Shown here: positions 42,563-53,254 of the stretch, in pieces
Numbering within the stretch: position 1 is the first letter of the stretch
How the letters are laid out: each line of letters begins with the position of its first letter
Origin: a virus
Length of the DNA stretch: 64,000 bases
Reading direction: 5' to 3' (one strand)
Virus record (IMG/VR): IMGVR_UViG_3300031760_000017
Translations under genes and position numbers: made by a program
The notes under the pieces: generated by a model
Told to the model about the DNA's origin: nothing
Seen by the model: the letters and a program-made list of their open reading frames with translations, nothing else
Database searches by the model: none

Positions 42563-43595
42563 ACGAGTTAGTCTGGCCCTTAGCTACTTTTCCGCGGATC
42601 GGCGGGGTTGCCTAAAATAGGCAGCTAACGAGGTAGTCTTCTATTTAAAATTTTGGACATTTTAGGATAATCTGAAATGTGAAATTTTTATAATATATAG
42701 AAGATAATCTCGTGGGAAAAAATTACGATATTATCTCCAAAAAAATTAAAGGAGATAAAATAATGATAGGAATTTATAAAATTACAAATTTACTAAATGG
42801 TCATAGTTATATTGGATTATCTACTCATATTGAAGATAGATGGGAATATCATAAAAATCCATATAACTGGAATAGAGAAAAGAATAAATCTTTATACAAA
42901 GCAATTTTAAAATATGGTATCGAAAATTTTTCTTTTGAAATACTTGAATAGTGCTTACCAGAACAGTTAAGTGAAAAAGAAAAATACTATATTGAAAAAT
43001 ATAATACATATCATGCTGGTTATAATATGACTGCCGGCGGTGAAGATAATCAAGGTGAAAGTCATCCAAGACACAAATTAACAAAAGAAGATGTGATAGA
43101 TATTAGAACTAGATATGACAATCTTGAAAGAAAAAAAGATGTGTATTAGTTATATAAAGATAGAATTGGAGAAAGTGGTTTTTCTAAAATTTGGAAGGGC
43201 AACACTTGGACTTCTATAATGATGGAAGTTTACACTCCTTAGAATAAAAAATATCATTTACATGATACGGCAAATAAAGGCTCTCAAAATGGAAGAGCTA
43301 GATTAACTGAATAGGATGTAAGAGCTATTCGATTAAGAAGAAAGAACGGCGAAAAATTATCTGATGTATATGCAAATTATAAACATCTTTTAACCAAAGG
43401 GTCTTTTACGAATATTTGGTCGTATCAAAATTGGAAAAATATCGTAGTTTAAACCTGTATCGACTATCCCCTTTGTCGGGGAGTACATCTCTTATTGATA
43501 CAGAGATGGAAACAGTAGCGCCCTATGACTACAGTAAATGCGTTAGTACGAGGGCAAGAAATAGTCAGTGCCATTGGTAACAATGGATTAACACG
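42563..43595 (+). mobile_element. Group I intron in the gyrB-like gene. It carries a GIY-YIG homing endonuclease ORF
   Basis: The 5' exon end AAGGGU pairs with the internal guide sequence GCCCUU (42576-42581). The pairing has a G.U wobble at the splice site. The intron ends in omega-G at 43595. Splicing restores KGLGEM...NPNNRIIKQITVEDVAAADKLFNDLMGN, a canonical GyrB C-terminus. The intron ends are GC-rich and structured. Confidence 0.65.
42712..43452 (+). CDS. GIY-YIG homing endonuclease inside the intron, TAG-recoded. The start is at 42712 or 42763
   Basis: GIYKITNLLNGHSYIGLS motif. The frame continues through 4 TAGs to TAA 43450-43452. Confidence 0.6.
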
Positions 43596-43786
43596 TAGGT
43601 GAAATGAGCATCGAAGAGACAGAAGAAACTTTAACTAATCCAAATAATAGAATCATTAAACAAATTACTGTTGAAGATGTTGCGGCGGCTGATAAACTTT
43701 TTAATGATTTAATGGGAAATACAGTTATTCCTAGAAAAAGGTATATTAAAGAGCATAGTGCGGAGGCTACTTACAATGCAGAATAA
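43596..43786 (+). CDS. gyrB: gyrB-like exon 2, the conserved C-terminal tail
   Basis: Overlaps track ORF 43604..43786. The reading VEDVAAADKLFNDLMGNTVIPRKRYIKEH matches the GyrB C-terminal consensus. Confidence 0.65.
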
Positions 43787-44003
43787 TGAATGTGAATGTT
43801 TATATGGAATATATGATTGGGAACTATTTTTAAATAGTAAAAAACAATTTTTAAATAAAAGGTTATGTATCGTTCATATTCCAAAAGATAATTTTCATAA
43901 AGATAAATATTGTCTTTATTACGTCTGTAAAGAGAATCCTTTTGAAGAGGGAGTTAAAGCATATATTAATTTTTGTCCGTATTGTGGAAGAAAACTTTTA
44001 TAA
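43758..44003 (+). CDS. Small Zn-ribbon protein
   Basis: CxC...CPYCG motifs. The start is uncertain. Confidence 0.3.
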   Translation: MRRLLTMQNNECECLYGIYDWELFLNSKKQFLNKRLCIVHIPKDNFHKDKYCLYYVCKENPFEEGVKAYINFCPYCGRKLL

Positions 44004-44020
44004 TAAGGAGACTACATATA

Positions 44021-44272
44021 ATGCAAAATAAAGAAAAAATTATACAAATTTTAACAAATGATTTAAATTATTGTTATTGTGATAATTGTAAATATGGTGA
44101 TTATGAAACATATGAAGATAGATTTTGTGAAGGATGTTATAGAAAATATTCAAATTGGGCATTATCATCAATAACAGCAAAGGAAATAGCTGATAAAATA
44201 ATTCAATTAGGTGAAATTTTTCCTATATCAAAAGAAGAACTAGAAGGGGCTATGAATAAAAATGCAAAATGA
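44021..44272 (+). CDS. Small Cys-rich hypothetical protein
   Basis: AAGGAG SD ahead of the ATG at 44021. Confidence 0.4.
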   Translation: MQNKEKIIQILTNDLNYCYCDNCKYGDYETYEDRFCEGCYRKYSNWALSSITAKEIADKIIQLGEIFPISKEELEGAMNKNAK

Positions 44273-46604
44273 TTTAACAAAAGAATTAGGAACAAATTTT
44301 ATAGAATATGCGGTTGCAGTGAATACTGACCGTGCCATACCTAATGCTAAAGATGGTCTTAAACCTGTTGCTAAACGTATCCTTTGGGGAGCTGAAGATA
44401 AAACTAAATGTGTATCTAGTAAACCACATATAAAAGCCGCAAAACTTGTGGGTGATATTATGGGTACATATCATCCACATGGTGATAGCTCTATTTATGG
44501 CGCTCTTGTACGTCTTTCTCAAAATTGGGTTATGCGTTATCCATTAATTGATTTTCATGGTAATAATGGTAATATTATTGGTGACGGTCCCGCACATATG
44601 CGCTATACTGAATGTCGACTAAGTAAATTAGCAGAAGATGGCTTACTTCAAGGAATAAAGAAAAATAATGTTGATTTTATTGACAACTACGATGAAACAA
44701 CAGAAGAGCCAGTATCTCTTCCAAGCATTTTTCCAAATCTTCTTTGTAATCCTAATAGCGGGATTGGTGTTGCTATGGCTTGCTCTTGGGCACCACACAA
44801 TTTTAGTGAAGTAGCTACGGCAATTAACCAATATTTATCTGGAGAAGAACCAATGTTACCTGGTCCAGATTTCCCAACAGGTGGAATTATTATTAACTCA
44901 AAAGATATTCCAAATATTATGAGAACTGGTCACGGTAGTGTTAAAGTTCGCGGAAGATATGAAATTGATAATCAAAAAATTATTTTTACTGAAATTCCAT
45001 ATGGCACTTCTGTAGAAGGTTTAGTAGCGGAAATTGGGAAAGCTTCAGATGAAAAAGAGATTGAAGGTATTGATAACATTCGTGATGAATCTAATAAGAA
45101 AGGAATTAGAATTGTTATTGAATGTGACAAAGGAATTAATCCTACAAGTATTGTAAAAAAATTATTTTCAAAAACAAATCTTCAAAGCTCTTTTAGTTAT
45201 AATCAAGTTGCTCTTATTGACAAAGTTCCAACAGAGTTAAATCTAAAAGATTGTATTAAGATTTATGTTGATCATAATATTGATTGTCTTATAAGAGAAA
45301 CTAAATTTGATTTAGATAAAGCAACTAATAGACTTGAAATTGTTAATGGTTTATTGCGGGCACTAGAAGATATTGACAATATCATAGCGCTGATTAAAGG
45401 TTCTGAAAATGCAACCGCCGCAAAAGAATCATTAATTAAAAAATATCAATTTACAGAAAATCAAGCTAAAGCAATTTTAGCTATGAGACTTTCTTCTCTT
45501 GCAAAACTTGAAAAAGTAGAACTTAATAAAGAAGCAGAAGATTTAGAAAATAAAATTTTTATGTTAAATCAAATTTTAGATAGTCGAGATAATCAAATTG
45601 ATATTTTAAAAGTTCGATTAAATGGATTAGTTAAAAAATATGGGGATGCCCGTCGTACAGAACTTACTAATATTGAAATAAAACCTGAAGAGAAAATCAT
45701 TGAGGAAGTTGTCCCAGAAGATTGTGTTGTAATTTTATCTCAATCTGGAAATATTAAAAGAATCGCTCAGAAGTCTTTTAAAGTTCAACGTAGAAATGGT
45801 AAAGGTGTAAAAACAAAAGATGATGTTATAATGTCTACCATCTCAACAAATACGATTGATAATTTACTTCTATTTACTAAAGAAGGTAAAATGTTTAAGA
45901 TTATTGTAGATGAAATACCAGTCGGTACTAATGCATCAAAAGGCGTACATGTTGGAAATTTAATTAACATGGGAATTAATGATGAAGTAATTGCAATTAC
46001 TTCTCTTGCTAGAAGTAATACTGCAAAATATGTTGTTTTCTTTACTAAGAAAGGTTTAATAAAAAAGACTTATTTAGAAGAATATACAAAAGTAAAACGT
46101 AGTACCGGAATTGCGGCAATTAAAATTAATGAGGGAGATTCTATTGCTAATGTAGAATTCATTAATGAGGAAGATATTCTTGTAATTACTAAGAATGGAA
46201 TGTCAATTCATTTTGAAAGCAAAAATATTAATCCTATAGGTAGAATCGCCGCAGGTGTTAAAACAATTAAGCTAGATGAAAATGATGAAGTTGTTGTAGG
46301 ACTACCAATTCATTCAGAGAAAGATATAATTGCTATCTTTTCAACAAAAGGATATGGTAAAAAGACTTCTATCAAAGAATTTAATTTACAAGGTAGAGGC
46401 GGCAAGGGTCTTGTAATTTATAGACCAAGCGCAATATATGGAGAGATTGCGGGAGCTGTAGTTGTGTCAGATAAAGACACGATTTTACTTACCGGTCAGC
46501 CAAATTCTATATGTATTGCCGCAACTGATTTGCCTTTGTTAACTAGAACAAGCTTTGGTAATATTATGATAAAATCAAACATTTCATCTATTGTAAAATT
46601 TTAA
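44262..46604 (+). CDS. gyrA: DNA topoisomerase II / gyrase A (ParC)-like subunit
   Basis: KDGLKPVAKRILW and HPHGD motifs. 780 aa with no TAG. Confidence 0.75.
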   Translation: MQNDLTKELGTNFIEYAVAVNTDRAIPNAKDGLKPVAKRILWGAEDKTKCVSSKPHIKAAKLVGDIMGTYHPHGDSSIYGALVRLSQNWVMRYPLIDFHGNNGNIIGDGPAHMRYTECRLSKLAEDGLLQGIKKNNVDFIDNYDETTEEPVSLPSIFPNLLCNPNSGIGVAMACSWAPHNFSEVATAINQYLSGEEPMLPGPDFPTGGIIINSKDIPNIMRTGHGSVKVRGRYEIDNQKIIFTEIPYGTSVEGLVAEIGKASDEKEIEGIDNIRDESNKKGIRIVIECDKGINPTSIVKKLFSKTNLQSSFSYNQVALIDKVPTELNLKDCIKIYVDHNIDCLIRETKFDLDKATNRLEIVNGLLRALEDIDNIIALIKGSENATAAKESLIKKYQFTENQAKAILAMRLSSLAKLEKVELNKEAEDLENKIFMLNQILDSRDNQIDILKVRLNGLVKKYGDARRTELTNIEIKPEEKIIEEVVPEDCVVILSQSGNIKRIAQKSFKVQRRNGKGVKTKDDVIMSTISTNTIDNLLLFTKEGKMFKIIVDEIPVGTNASKGVHVGNLINMGINDEVIAITSLARSNTAKYVVFFTKKGLIKKTYLEEYTKVKRSTGIAAIKINEGDSIANVEFINEEDILVITKNGMSIHFESKNINPIGRIAAGVKTIKLDENDEVVVGLPIHSEKDIIAIFSTKGYGKKTSIKEFNLQGRGGKGLVIYRPSAIYGEIAGAVVVSDKDTILLTGQPNSICIAATDLPLLTRTSFGNIMIKSNISSIVKF

Positions 46605-46655
46605 GTGAAGAATATTTATTCTTCACTTGTTTTTTATAAAAAATTATATTATAAT
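46603..46655 (+). terminator. Composite terminator and promoter cassette
   Basis: Hairpin AAGTGAAGAATA...ATTCTTCACTT. TTGTTT is exactly 17 bp from TATAAT. Confidence 0.6.
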
Positions 46656-46684
46656 ATTATTATAATATAAAAAGGATTAAAAAT

Positions 46685-48691
46685 ATGAAAAGCAAAATAG
46701 ATATTGGTATTTTAATTAAAAAACTTAATAAAGCTACTAAAGCCTATGATGCAGGGCATCCTATTATGACAGATAGAGAATGGGATGACCTTTATTTTGA
46801 GCTAGTCGAATGGGAAAGACAAACTGGTATTATTTTTGCAGATTCTCCAACCCAAAAAATTCATTTTGAAAAAGTTTCTGAATTAAAAAAAGTGAAACAT
46901 AATCATCTTATGCTTTCTCTTAATAAAACAAAAGATATTAAAGAAGTGTTAGATTTTGTAAAAAATAATCCTTGGATTGCTATGGCAAAAATGGATGGTT
47001 TAACATGTTCGCTTAGATACCTTCATGGAGAACTTGTTTCTGCAGAAACTCGCGGGGATGGTCTTATTGGTGAAGATGTCACCCATAATGCAAAGGTTAT
47101 TTCATCTATCCCTCAAAAAATTAATTACACTGATGAATTAATTGTTGATGGAGAAATCATTTGTACTTATGAAGATTTTAAACCATTTGAAAGAACTTAT
47201 AAAAATCCTAGAAATTTTGCAAGTGGAAGTATTAGATTATTAGATTCAAAAGAATGTCAAAAAAGACATCTTACTTTTGTTGCCTGGGATTCTTTTTGTG
47301 ATAATAAAATTTATGATGAGTATTTAAATATTCCTTATAATATTCAGATTACATTGTCTTTAAAATTACAAGTTCTTCAAGATTTAGGTTTTACAGTGGT
47401 TCCTCATTTGGTTGATGTAGAGGAATGGTCTGTTGAAGACGCTATATCAATAATTAGAGACAAATATCATACTATCTATCCTATTGATGGCGTTGTAATT
47501 AAATACAATGATATAGATGATTATAATGCGGCTGGCCGCACAGAACACCATTTTAAAGGCGGTTTAGCATATAAGTTTTATGATGAACTTTATGATACTC
47601 GTTTAAAATATATTCAGTGGACAATGGGAAGAACAGGCGTCCTTACTCCAGTGGCAGTTTTTGACCCCATTGATATTGATGGTTCAACAGTAGAAAGAGC
47701 GTCACTTCATAATGTTAGTGTTATGAGAGAGATTCTCGGTGATTGTGCTTATCGCGGTGAACCGTTAAAAATTGCTAAAATGAATCAAATTATTCCACAG
47801 GTCATAGAAGCTGGTCCAAAATATGATTATGGATATGTAATAAGTCATGGTGGAGTTTCCGCAAATGATGTTATTGAAAGATGTCCAATTTGTTATGGAG
47901 AGGTTGAATATAAAGAAAGTTCGGAAGGGGTCATAAATGCATACTGCACAAATCCAAAGTGTGAAGGAAAACTAGTTAATAGACTTGATCACTTTTGTGG
48001 GAAAAAAGGATTAGACATTAAAGGGATTTCAAAAGCAACTCTTGGAAAATTTATTGAATGGGGCTGGGTAGAAAACATAGAAGATTTATATTACATTTCC
48101 GAAAAATTTAGGTCGGACTTCTTACTTAAACCTGGCTTCGGAGTTAAATCAGTTATTAAAATTTTAAATGCAATAGAAGAAAGTAAACATACAACACTTG
48201 ATGCTTTTATTTCTGCTATTGGTATCCCTCTTATTGGACGAGCAGTTGCTAAAGATTTAACTAATTATTTTGAAACTTATGAAGATTTCCGTGATGCTGT
48301 AAAAGATAATTCATATCATTTCTATGATTTAGATAACTTTGGTATAGAAATGGAAAATAGTATTAAGAATTTTGATTACGCGGAAGCTGATAGACTTTCT
48401 AAAATTTTATATATTGAAGCCCCAGTTGTAAGCAACAATCAAATAAATAATAGTCTTTCAGGAAAAACTATAGTCATTACGGGAAAACTTACAAAATTTA
48501 AGAATAGAGCTGAATTGAAATCAGTTATTGAAAAACATGGCGGGAAAGTTACAGACTCAATTTCCGCAAAAACAGATATGTTAATAAACAACGATATAAA
48601 TAGCACATCATCTAAAAATAAAGCCGCAAAAGCACGCAATATACCAATTATAACAGAAACTGATTTTATACAGCTTTATATTGAAAATTAA
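46685..48691 (+). CDS. ligA: NAD-dependent DNA ligase
   Basis: KMDG adenylation motif, Zn-finger CPICYGEV...C, HhH and a C-terminal BRCT domain. 668 aa. Confidence 0.8.
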   Translation: MKSKIDIGILIKKLNKATKAYDAGHPIMTDREWDDLYFELVEWERQTGIIFADSPTQKIHFEKVSELKKVKHNHLMLSLNKTKDIKEVLDFVKNNPWIAMAKMDGLTCSLRYLHGELVSAETRGDGLIGEDVTHNAKVISSIPQKINYTDELIVDGEIICTYEDFKPFERTYKNPRNFASGSIRLLDSKECQKRHLTFVAWDSFCDNKIYDEYLNIPYNIQITLSLKLQVLQDLGFTVVPHLVDVEEWSVEDAISIIRDKYHTIYPIDGVVIKYNDIDDYNAAGRTEHHFKGGLAYKFYDELYDTRLKYIQWTMGRTGVLTPVAVFDPIDIDGSTVERASLHNVSVMREILGDCAYRGEPLKIAKMNQIIPQVIEAGPKYDYGYVISHGGVSANDVIERCPICYGEVEYKESSEGVINAYCTNPKCEGKLVNRLDHFCGKKGLDIKGISKATLGKFIEWGWVENIEDLYYISEKFRSDFLLKPGFGVKSVIKILNAIEESKHTTLDAFISAIGIPLIGRAVAKDLTNYFETYEDFRDAVKDNSYHFYDLDNFGIEMENSIKNFDYAEADRLSKILYIEAPVVSNNQINNSLSGKTIVITGKLTKFKNRAELKSVIEKHGGKVTDSISAKTDMLINNDINSTSSKNKAAKARNIPIITETDFIQLYIEN

Positions 48692-48791
48692 AAAAATTTT
48701 TAATATAATAAGAATAGATGATAAATGAAATAAAATTTATCTTTTATATAAATACATTATAATAAATACATAATTTAAAGGAGAAAAAAAT

Positions 48792-49079
48792 ATGTTAAAG
48801 GACAATAGTAAACTTGTTTTCAATTTTGTTAAGTAGCACGATGGAGAAGATTTTACAGCACAGGATATTGCTGATGCAACTGGTCTTGGAGTAAGACAGG
48901 TCAATGGTATTATTACATCAGCTTTCCAGCGTTATAAGGATAAAGATAAGAATGAAATTCCGCTAATGCAACGTGTTGTAGCTGAAATTGTAGATCCTGA
49001 GACAGGACTTCATAAACCGGTTAAATTCATTCAGCTTACTGATGAAGGTAGAGAATTCGATCCAGATGCAGAGGATTGA
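48792..49079 (+). CDS. Hypothetical protein, 95 aa, one TAG. GC-richer than its neighbours
   Basis: AAAGGAGAAAAAAAT SD. Ends in TGA. Confidence 0.4.
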
Positions 49080-49095
49080 TAATTAAGAAAATTGG

Positions 49096-49133
49096 GAGAG
49101 CTAGATATAAAAATATCTAGCTCTTTTATTTTA
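49096..49133 (+). terminator. Rho-independent terminator
   Basis: GAGAGCTAGATAT-AAAA-ATATCTAGCTCT followed by a T-run. Confidence 0.8.
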
Positions 49134-49146
49134 TCAGGAGATAAAA

Positions 49147-50091
49147 ATGGTTGTATTAACAATAATAGATATTATTATTTTTTGTGTTGCGATAGTATTA
49201 ATTCATAAAGCTGATTTAAAAAAAGTTAATATCGCTAAATAGCAATAGAAGAAACAACAGTTAATCAATTAGATTAAATAGTTATCTGATACATACAATG
49301 ATTATAATTTAAAAATACAAAACATCCTTCAAGAAACTCAAATTGTTAAAGCTAGAGCTGAAGAAACAACAGCTAATTATATTGCTAATCAAAAACAAAT
49401 AGCACTCGATTATATTAATAATCAATAGCAATTAGCAGAACAAAAAATTAAAGAAATAAATGCTAATACTTAGCAAGAAATTGCGGCAATTCATGAAGAT
49501 CTTCAAAATATTAGGTGTTCTGCCGCACAATAGAAAGAACAAATTCAAAACGAGCTTAATAAACTAAAAGCCTCTTTGAGTGCGGGCGTAGAAGCCCGCC
49601 TTCGCGAACAATAGAAAAAAGATAAAATTAATTTTTATAAACTTTCTATTAGTGATGCGGATTTAGCTGATGTTAAAATGCTAGAAAATTTAAAAGCATC
49701 TTTCCATAAACCTGTTGTTTTAAGTAAACTTATTTGGACTCAATATTTTCAAAAGCAAATGACTGAATTGTGTGATAGAGTACTTGGTAAAAAAACTGTT
49801 TGCGGCATTTATAAAATTACCAATTTATTAACAGAACAATGTTATATTGGTCAAAGTGTTAATATTAGTGATAGATGGAAACAACATTGTAAATGCGGCC
49901 TTGGTATAGAAGCATCAGCTACCAATATTTTATATAATTCAATGCAAAAAGATAAAGTTTGGAATTTTACTTTTGAATTATTATAGGAGTGCCCGCGTAA
50001 TTTACTAAATGAAAAGGAAGCTTTTTGGATTGATACTTATAGTAGTAATATATATGGATTAAATACTATGAAAGGAATTAATAAAAAATGA
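49147..50091 (+). CDS. TM plus Q-rich coiled-coil protein fused to, or followed by, a GIY-YIG nuclease domain. TAG-recoded with about 9 TAGs
   Basis: The frame is continuous from the ATG at 49147 through track ORF 49678... Motif GIYKITNLLTEQCYIGQS. The TAGs sit in Q-rich contexts (Q*Q, NNQ*QLAEQ, AAQ*KEQIQ). Confidence 0.45.
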
Positions 50092-50942
50092 AATTTTAGA
50101 ATACAGATGTCTGGGGATTTTAGCATGCAATCAGGGGTATGAGAAATCCTAAAAATAGCTGGAATAAAAGTGATAGTCTTTTTGAAATTGCTTATATCGA
50201 ACAAATGGAGGCTGATTGGGAAGTCGCTTCAAGTTATGTCGATGCAAATGAAAAATATGATTTTTAGAGTGAATATGATAAATATTATGAAGCACAAGAA
50301 AAATATGCGGATTGGCTTCTTAAAAATGGTGTTTTAAAAGATCAAAATGAATGTTTTAGTTATGCTTTTATTGGACCAAATGATATGAAACTGGCTCAAA
50401 CTCTTATTAAAGCTGGTCCTGAACACCGAAAATTTCTACGCCAAATCTTTGTATCTGTTGATATTACTGCACCACTTTATTGGTGGAAATAGATGGATCA
50501 ATATAAAATTGGGACAGTCACAGATAGCACATCAACTATGCATAAACTAACGAGTAAACCTATTACTCTTGAAAGTTTTGAAATTGATGATTTTAATCCA
50601 GAAATTGTATATTACGAAATTCTTGATGCTCAAAATGATATTGGTATGCTTGCGGATTTTATAATTGAACAACTTGAATTTCTTCGTCAAAAATATCTTG
50701 AAACAAAAGACAAAAGATATTGGAAAGAATTAGTACGATGGTTGCCTGAAAGCTGGTTACAAAAAAGAACATGGACTGCAAATTATGAAGTTCTTTATTC
50801 TATAGTTTTACAAAGAGGGCATCATAAATTAGAAACAGAATGGGATAAAGGTTTTATACATTGGTGCGCCTCATTGCCATATGCAAAGGATTTGATTTTT
50901 TATGGAGAAGAACGAGAAAAAATATATAATTTATATGCATAA
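50088..50942 (+). CDS. Hypothetical protein, 284 aa, 3 TAGs
   Basis: The frame is continuous with track ORF 50493... ATGA overlap with the upstream gene. Confidence 0.4.
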
Positions 50943-51528
50943 AAATAAAATTAATAATAAAATGTATATAGGACAAACTTGCCAAAATCCACCATCAAAA
51001 AGATGGAAACCTTGTAATTATAAAGGATCTTCAAGATTTTATAATGCTATTTTAAAATATGGTTGGATTAATTTTGAACATATTATTTTAAAAAAATGTT
51101 CTTCACTATAGGAAGCAAATTAGTAGGAAAGAAATTTTATTAGTCAATATCAAACTACAAATCCAGAATTTGGATATAATATTATGCCGGGTGGCTCTAA
51201 TAAAGAAATTCCTTTATAGGTTCGAGAAAAAATGTCTAAAAATCATAGAGATGTTAAGGGGAAAAATAATTATTTTTACGGAAAACATTTTAAAGGTAAA
51301 GAACATCCATTTTATGGACAACATCATTCGGATGAAACTAAACAAAAATTAAAAAAATCTTTATTAAATAAAAATGGAAAAGCAGTAAAATGCATTGAAG
51401 AAAATAAAAATTTTCCTTCCGCAAGAGAAGCTGCAAGATATTATAATATGAAAACTTCTAGTCACATTTCTGCATGTTGCAATGGCAAAAGACAAACTGC
51501 TAATAAATTTCATTGGGAATATATTTAA
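50902..51528 (+). CDS. GIY-YIG homing endonuclease with NUMOD-like C-terminal modules, TAG-recoded
   Basis: KMYIGQT...ILKYG GIY-YIG region. The frame joins track ORFs 50902.. and 51232.. through 4 TAGs. Confidence 0.5.
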
Positions 51529-51800
51529 TTTTTGATGATGATGAATTTATTTTTAATTGAAAAATAAAAAATAAAATGTTATAATATAATTATAAAATGA
51601 AAATTATATTATAAGGGAGACCAAAAATGAAGCTTGAAGGAAATAGAAAAGAAAAGTTTATACAAATGCTTGAAAAAGAAATCTTCAATGATGAGAGTGC
51701 TTTTATAGAAAACTATGAAGAAGATTGGTATGATTTAGTAATTTTTTTTGAAGATTTAAAAAATGGTCAAATTGTAATTGCATATTAAGAGGAATAAGAA

Positions 51801-52181
51801 ATGACTAAAAAAGAAAGATTTATTGAATTTGTTAATGAACTCATGGAAATGGTAGATATAAACGAATGGGATGAGGATGAAAAAAAAGATTGGAAAGATG
51901 CTTTTGATTTTTTTGAAGAACTTAAAAATAATAAAGTAAAAACCGCAAAAGAAATGACTGAAAACGGTACCAAACTTCTTTCTTGGATGCAAGAGAATAA
52001 AGAAAAAATGTCAAATGTCTTTACATCTAAGGAAGCTGCGGAAGGACTTTTCACAAGCGGCCGCTCTATTGCAGGAACCATGAGAAAGTTAGTAAATGAT
52101 GGTTATGTAAAGAAAACTGGTAAAGACCCTGTTCAGTATTCTTTAACTGAAGCTGGAGAAAATTATCAGTTTGACAATTAA
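51801..52181 (+). CDS. Hypothetical acidic protein
   Basis: Intact ORF with an SD. Confidence 0.4.
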   Translation: MTKKERFIEFVNELMEMVDINEWDEDEKKDWKDAFDFFEELKNNKVKTAKEMTENGTKLLSWMQENKEKMSNVFTSKEAAEGLFTSGRSIAGTMRKLVNDGYVKKTGKDPVQYSLTEAGENYQFDN

Positions 52182-52236
52182 AAAATTTTTTGTTATAATA
52201 TAAAAGTAAAGTTGATTTAATTTAAGGAGAAAATTA

Positions 52237-53238
52237 ATGAAAAAGAACGCAAGATTTATTAACACAGAACGAATTGAAGGATATGTTTATAGTACAGGTA
52301 GTAATTTTAATCAGCTTTCTGAAAGAACGACAGGAGAGAATTCTAAACATCCTGGAACAAAGTATATTGCAGGAGACCTCGATATTGCTGTAGATGAAGA
52401 GGGTCTAAATGTAATTACTATTCATTATACATATGCAACACCGACATATGGTAGTGGTCAAGTAAATAATACATATACAGCTCTTAAAAGAATTATTGAT
52501 AATCCAGATAGAACTTGGATTAATGGCGGTAAAGAAAATGCCTTTAAGGTTCAGTGTACTGGAGTTTCTATTGCAATCAATGATTTTATTGGAGCAGATG
52601 GAAAATTCGTTGCCGCAATTAGAAATGAAGGTGGATTTTGTTCTATCGTAAATGAACTTGGTCCAGAAGCAAATAGAAATACTTTCTCTGCTGATATGCT
52701 TATTACAAAAGTTACTCATATTGATGCAGATCCAGATAAGAATATTGAAAATGATTTCACAACAGTTAGTGGAGCAATCTTTGGATATGGAAAAACAATT
52801 CCTGTTCTTCTTCCTGCTTCATTTACAGTTCGTAGCGAAGGTGGTATGAAGTACTTTGAAAATCTTGATGCTACACCTTCAGACCCCATTTTTACAAAAG
52901 TTTGGGGACGTATTAATTGTATGACTATTAAGGTAAAGAAAACTGAAGAATCAGCTTTTGGTGGTGATTATGTTCAGGAGTCTGAGCGTAAAAGCCGTGA
53001 GTACCTTATTACAGGAACAGCAAAAGTACCATATGATTTTGGTGATGAGGAAGTTCTTACTGCTAATGATGTAAGTACAATGAATCAGAATCGTCAGATT
53101 ATGCTTGCAGAAGTTGAAAGCAGACATAAGGAGCGCCAGGCAGAAAAGGCTGCAAATGGAGTAAGCTTTGAAGCTACTACAAAAGCTCCTTCCGCAACAA
53201 AAGCGGCAGGCGTACCTGAGGGTGGATTTGTATTTTAA
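52237..53238 (+). CDS. Hypothetical protein, possibly an ssDNA-binding or annealing partner of the downstream ATPase
   Basis: 333 aa. AAGGAG SD. Function inferred only from position. Confidence 0.3.
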   Translation: MKKNARFINTERIEGYVYSTGSNFNQLSERTTGENSKHPGTKYIAGDLDIAVDEEGLNVITIHYTYATPTYGSGQVNNTYTALKRIIDNPDRTWINGGKENAFKVQCTGVSIAINDFIGADGKFVAAIRNEGGFCSIVNELGPEANRNTFSADMLITKVTHIDADPDKNIENDFTTVSGAIFGYGKTIPVLLPASFTVRSEGGMKYFENLDATPSDPIFTKVWGRINCMTIKVKKTEESAFGGDYVQESERKSREYLITGTAKVPYDFGDEEVLTANDVSTMNQNRQIMLAEVESRHKERQAEKAANGVSFEATTKAPSATKAAGVPEGGFVF

Positions 53239-53254
53239 TGAGAGGTAATAAATA

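Noticed and set aside
42616-43603. gyrB ending at TAA 42613-42615, with 43604..43786 as an independent small gene
   Set aside because: The protein after 42562 becomes GC-rich and non-GyrB-like. Splicing at the P1-predicted site restores the canonical KGLGEM...C-terminus.
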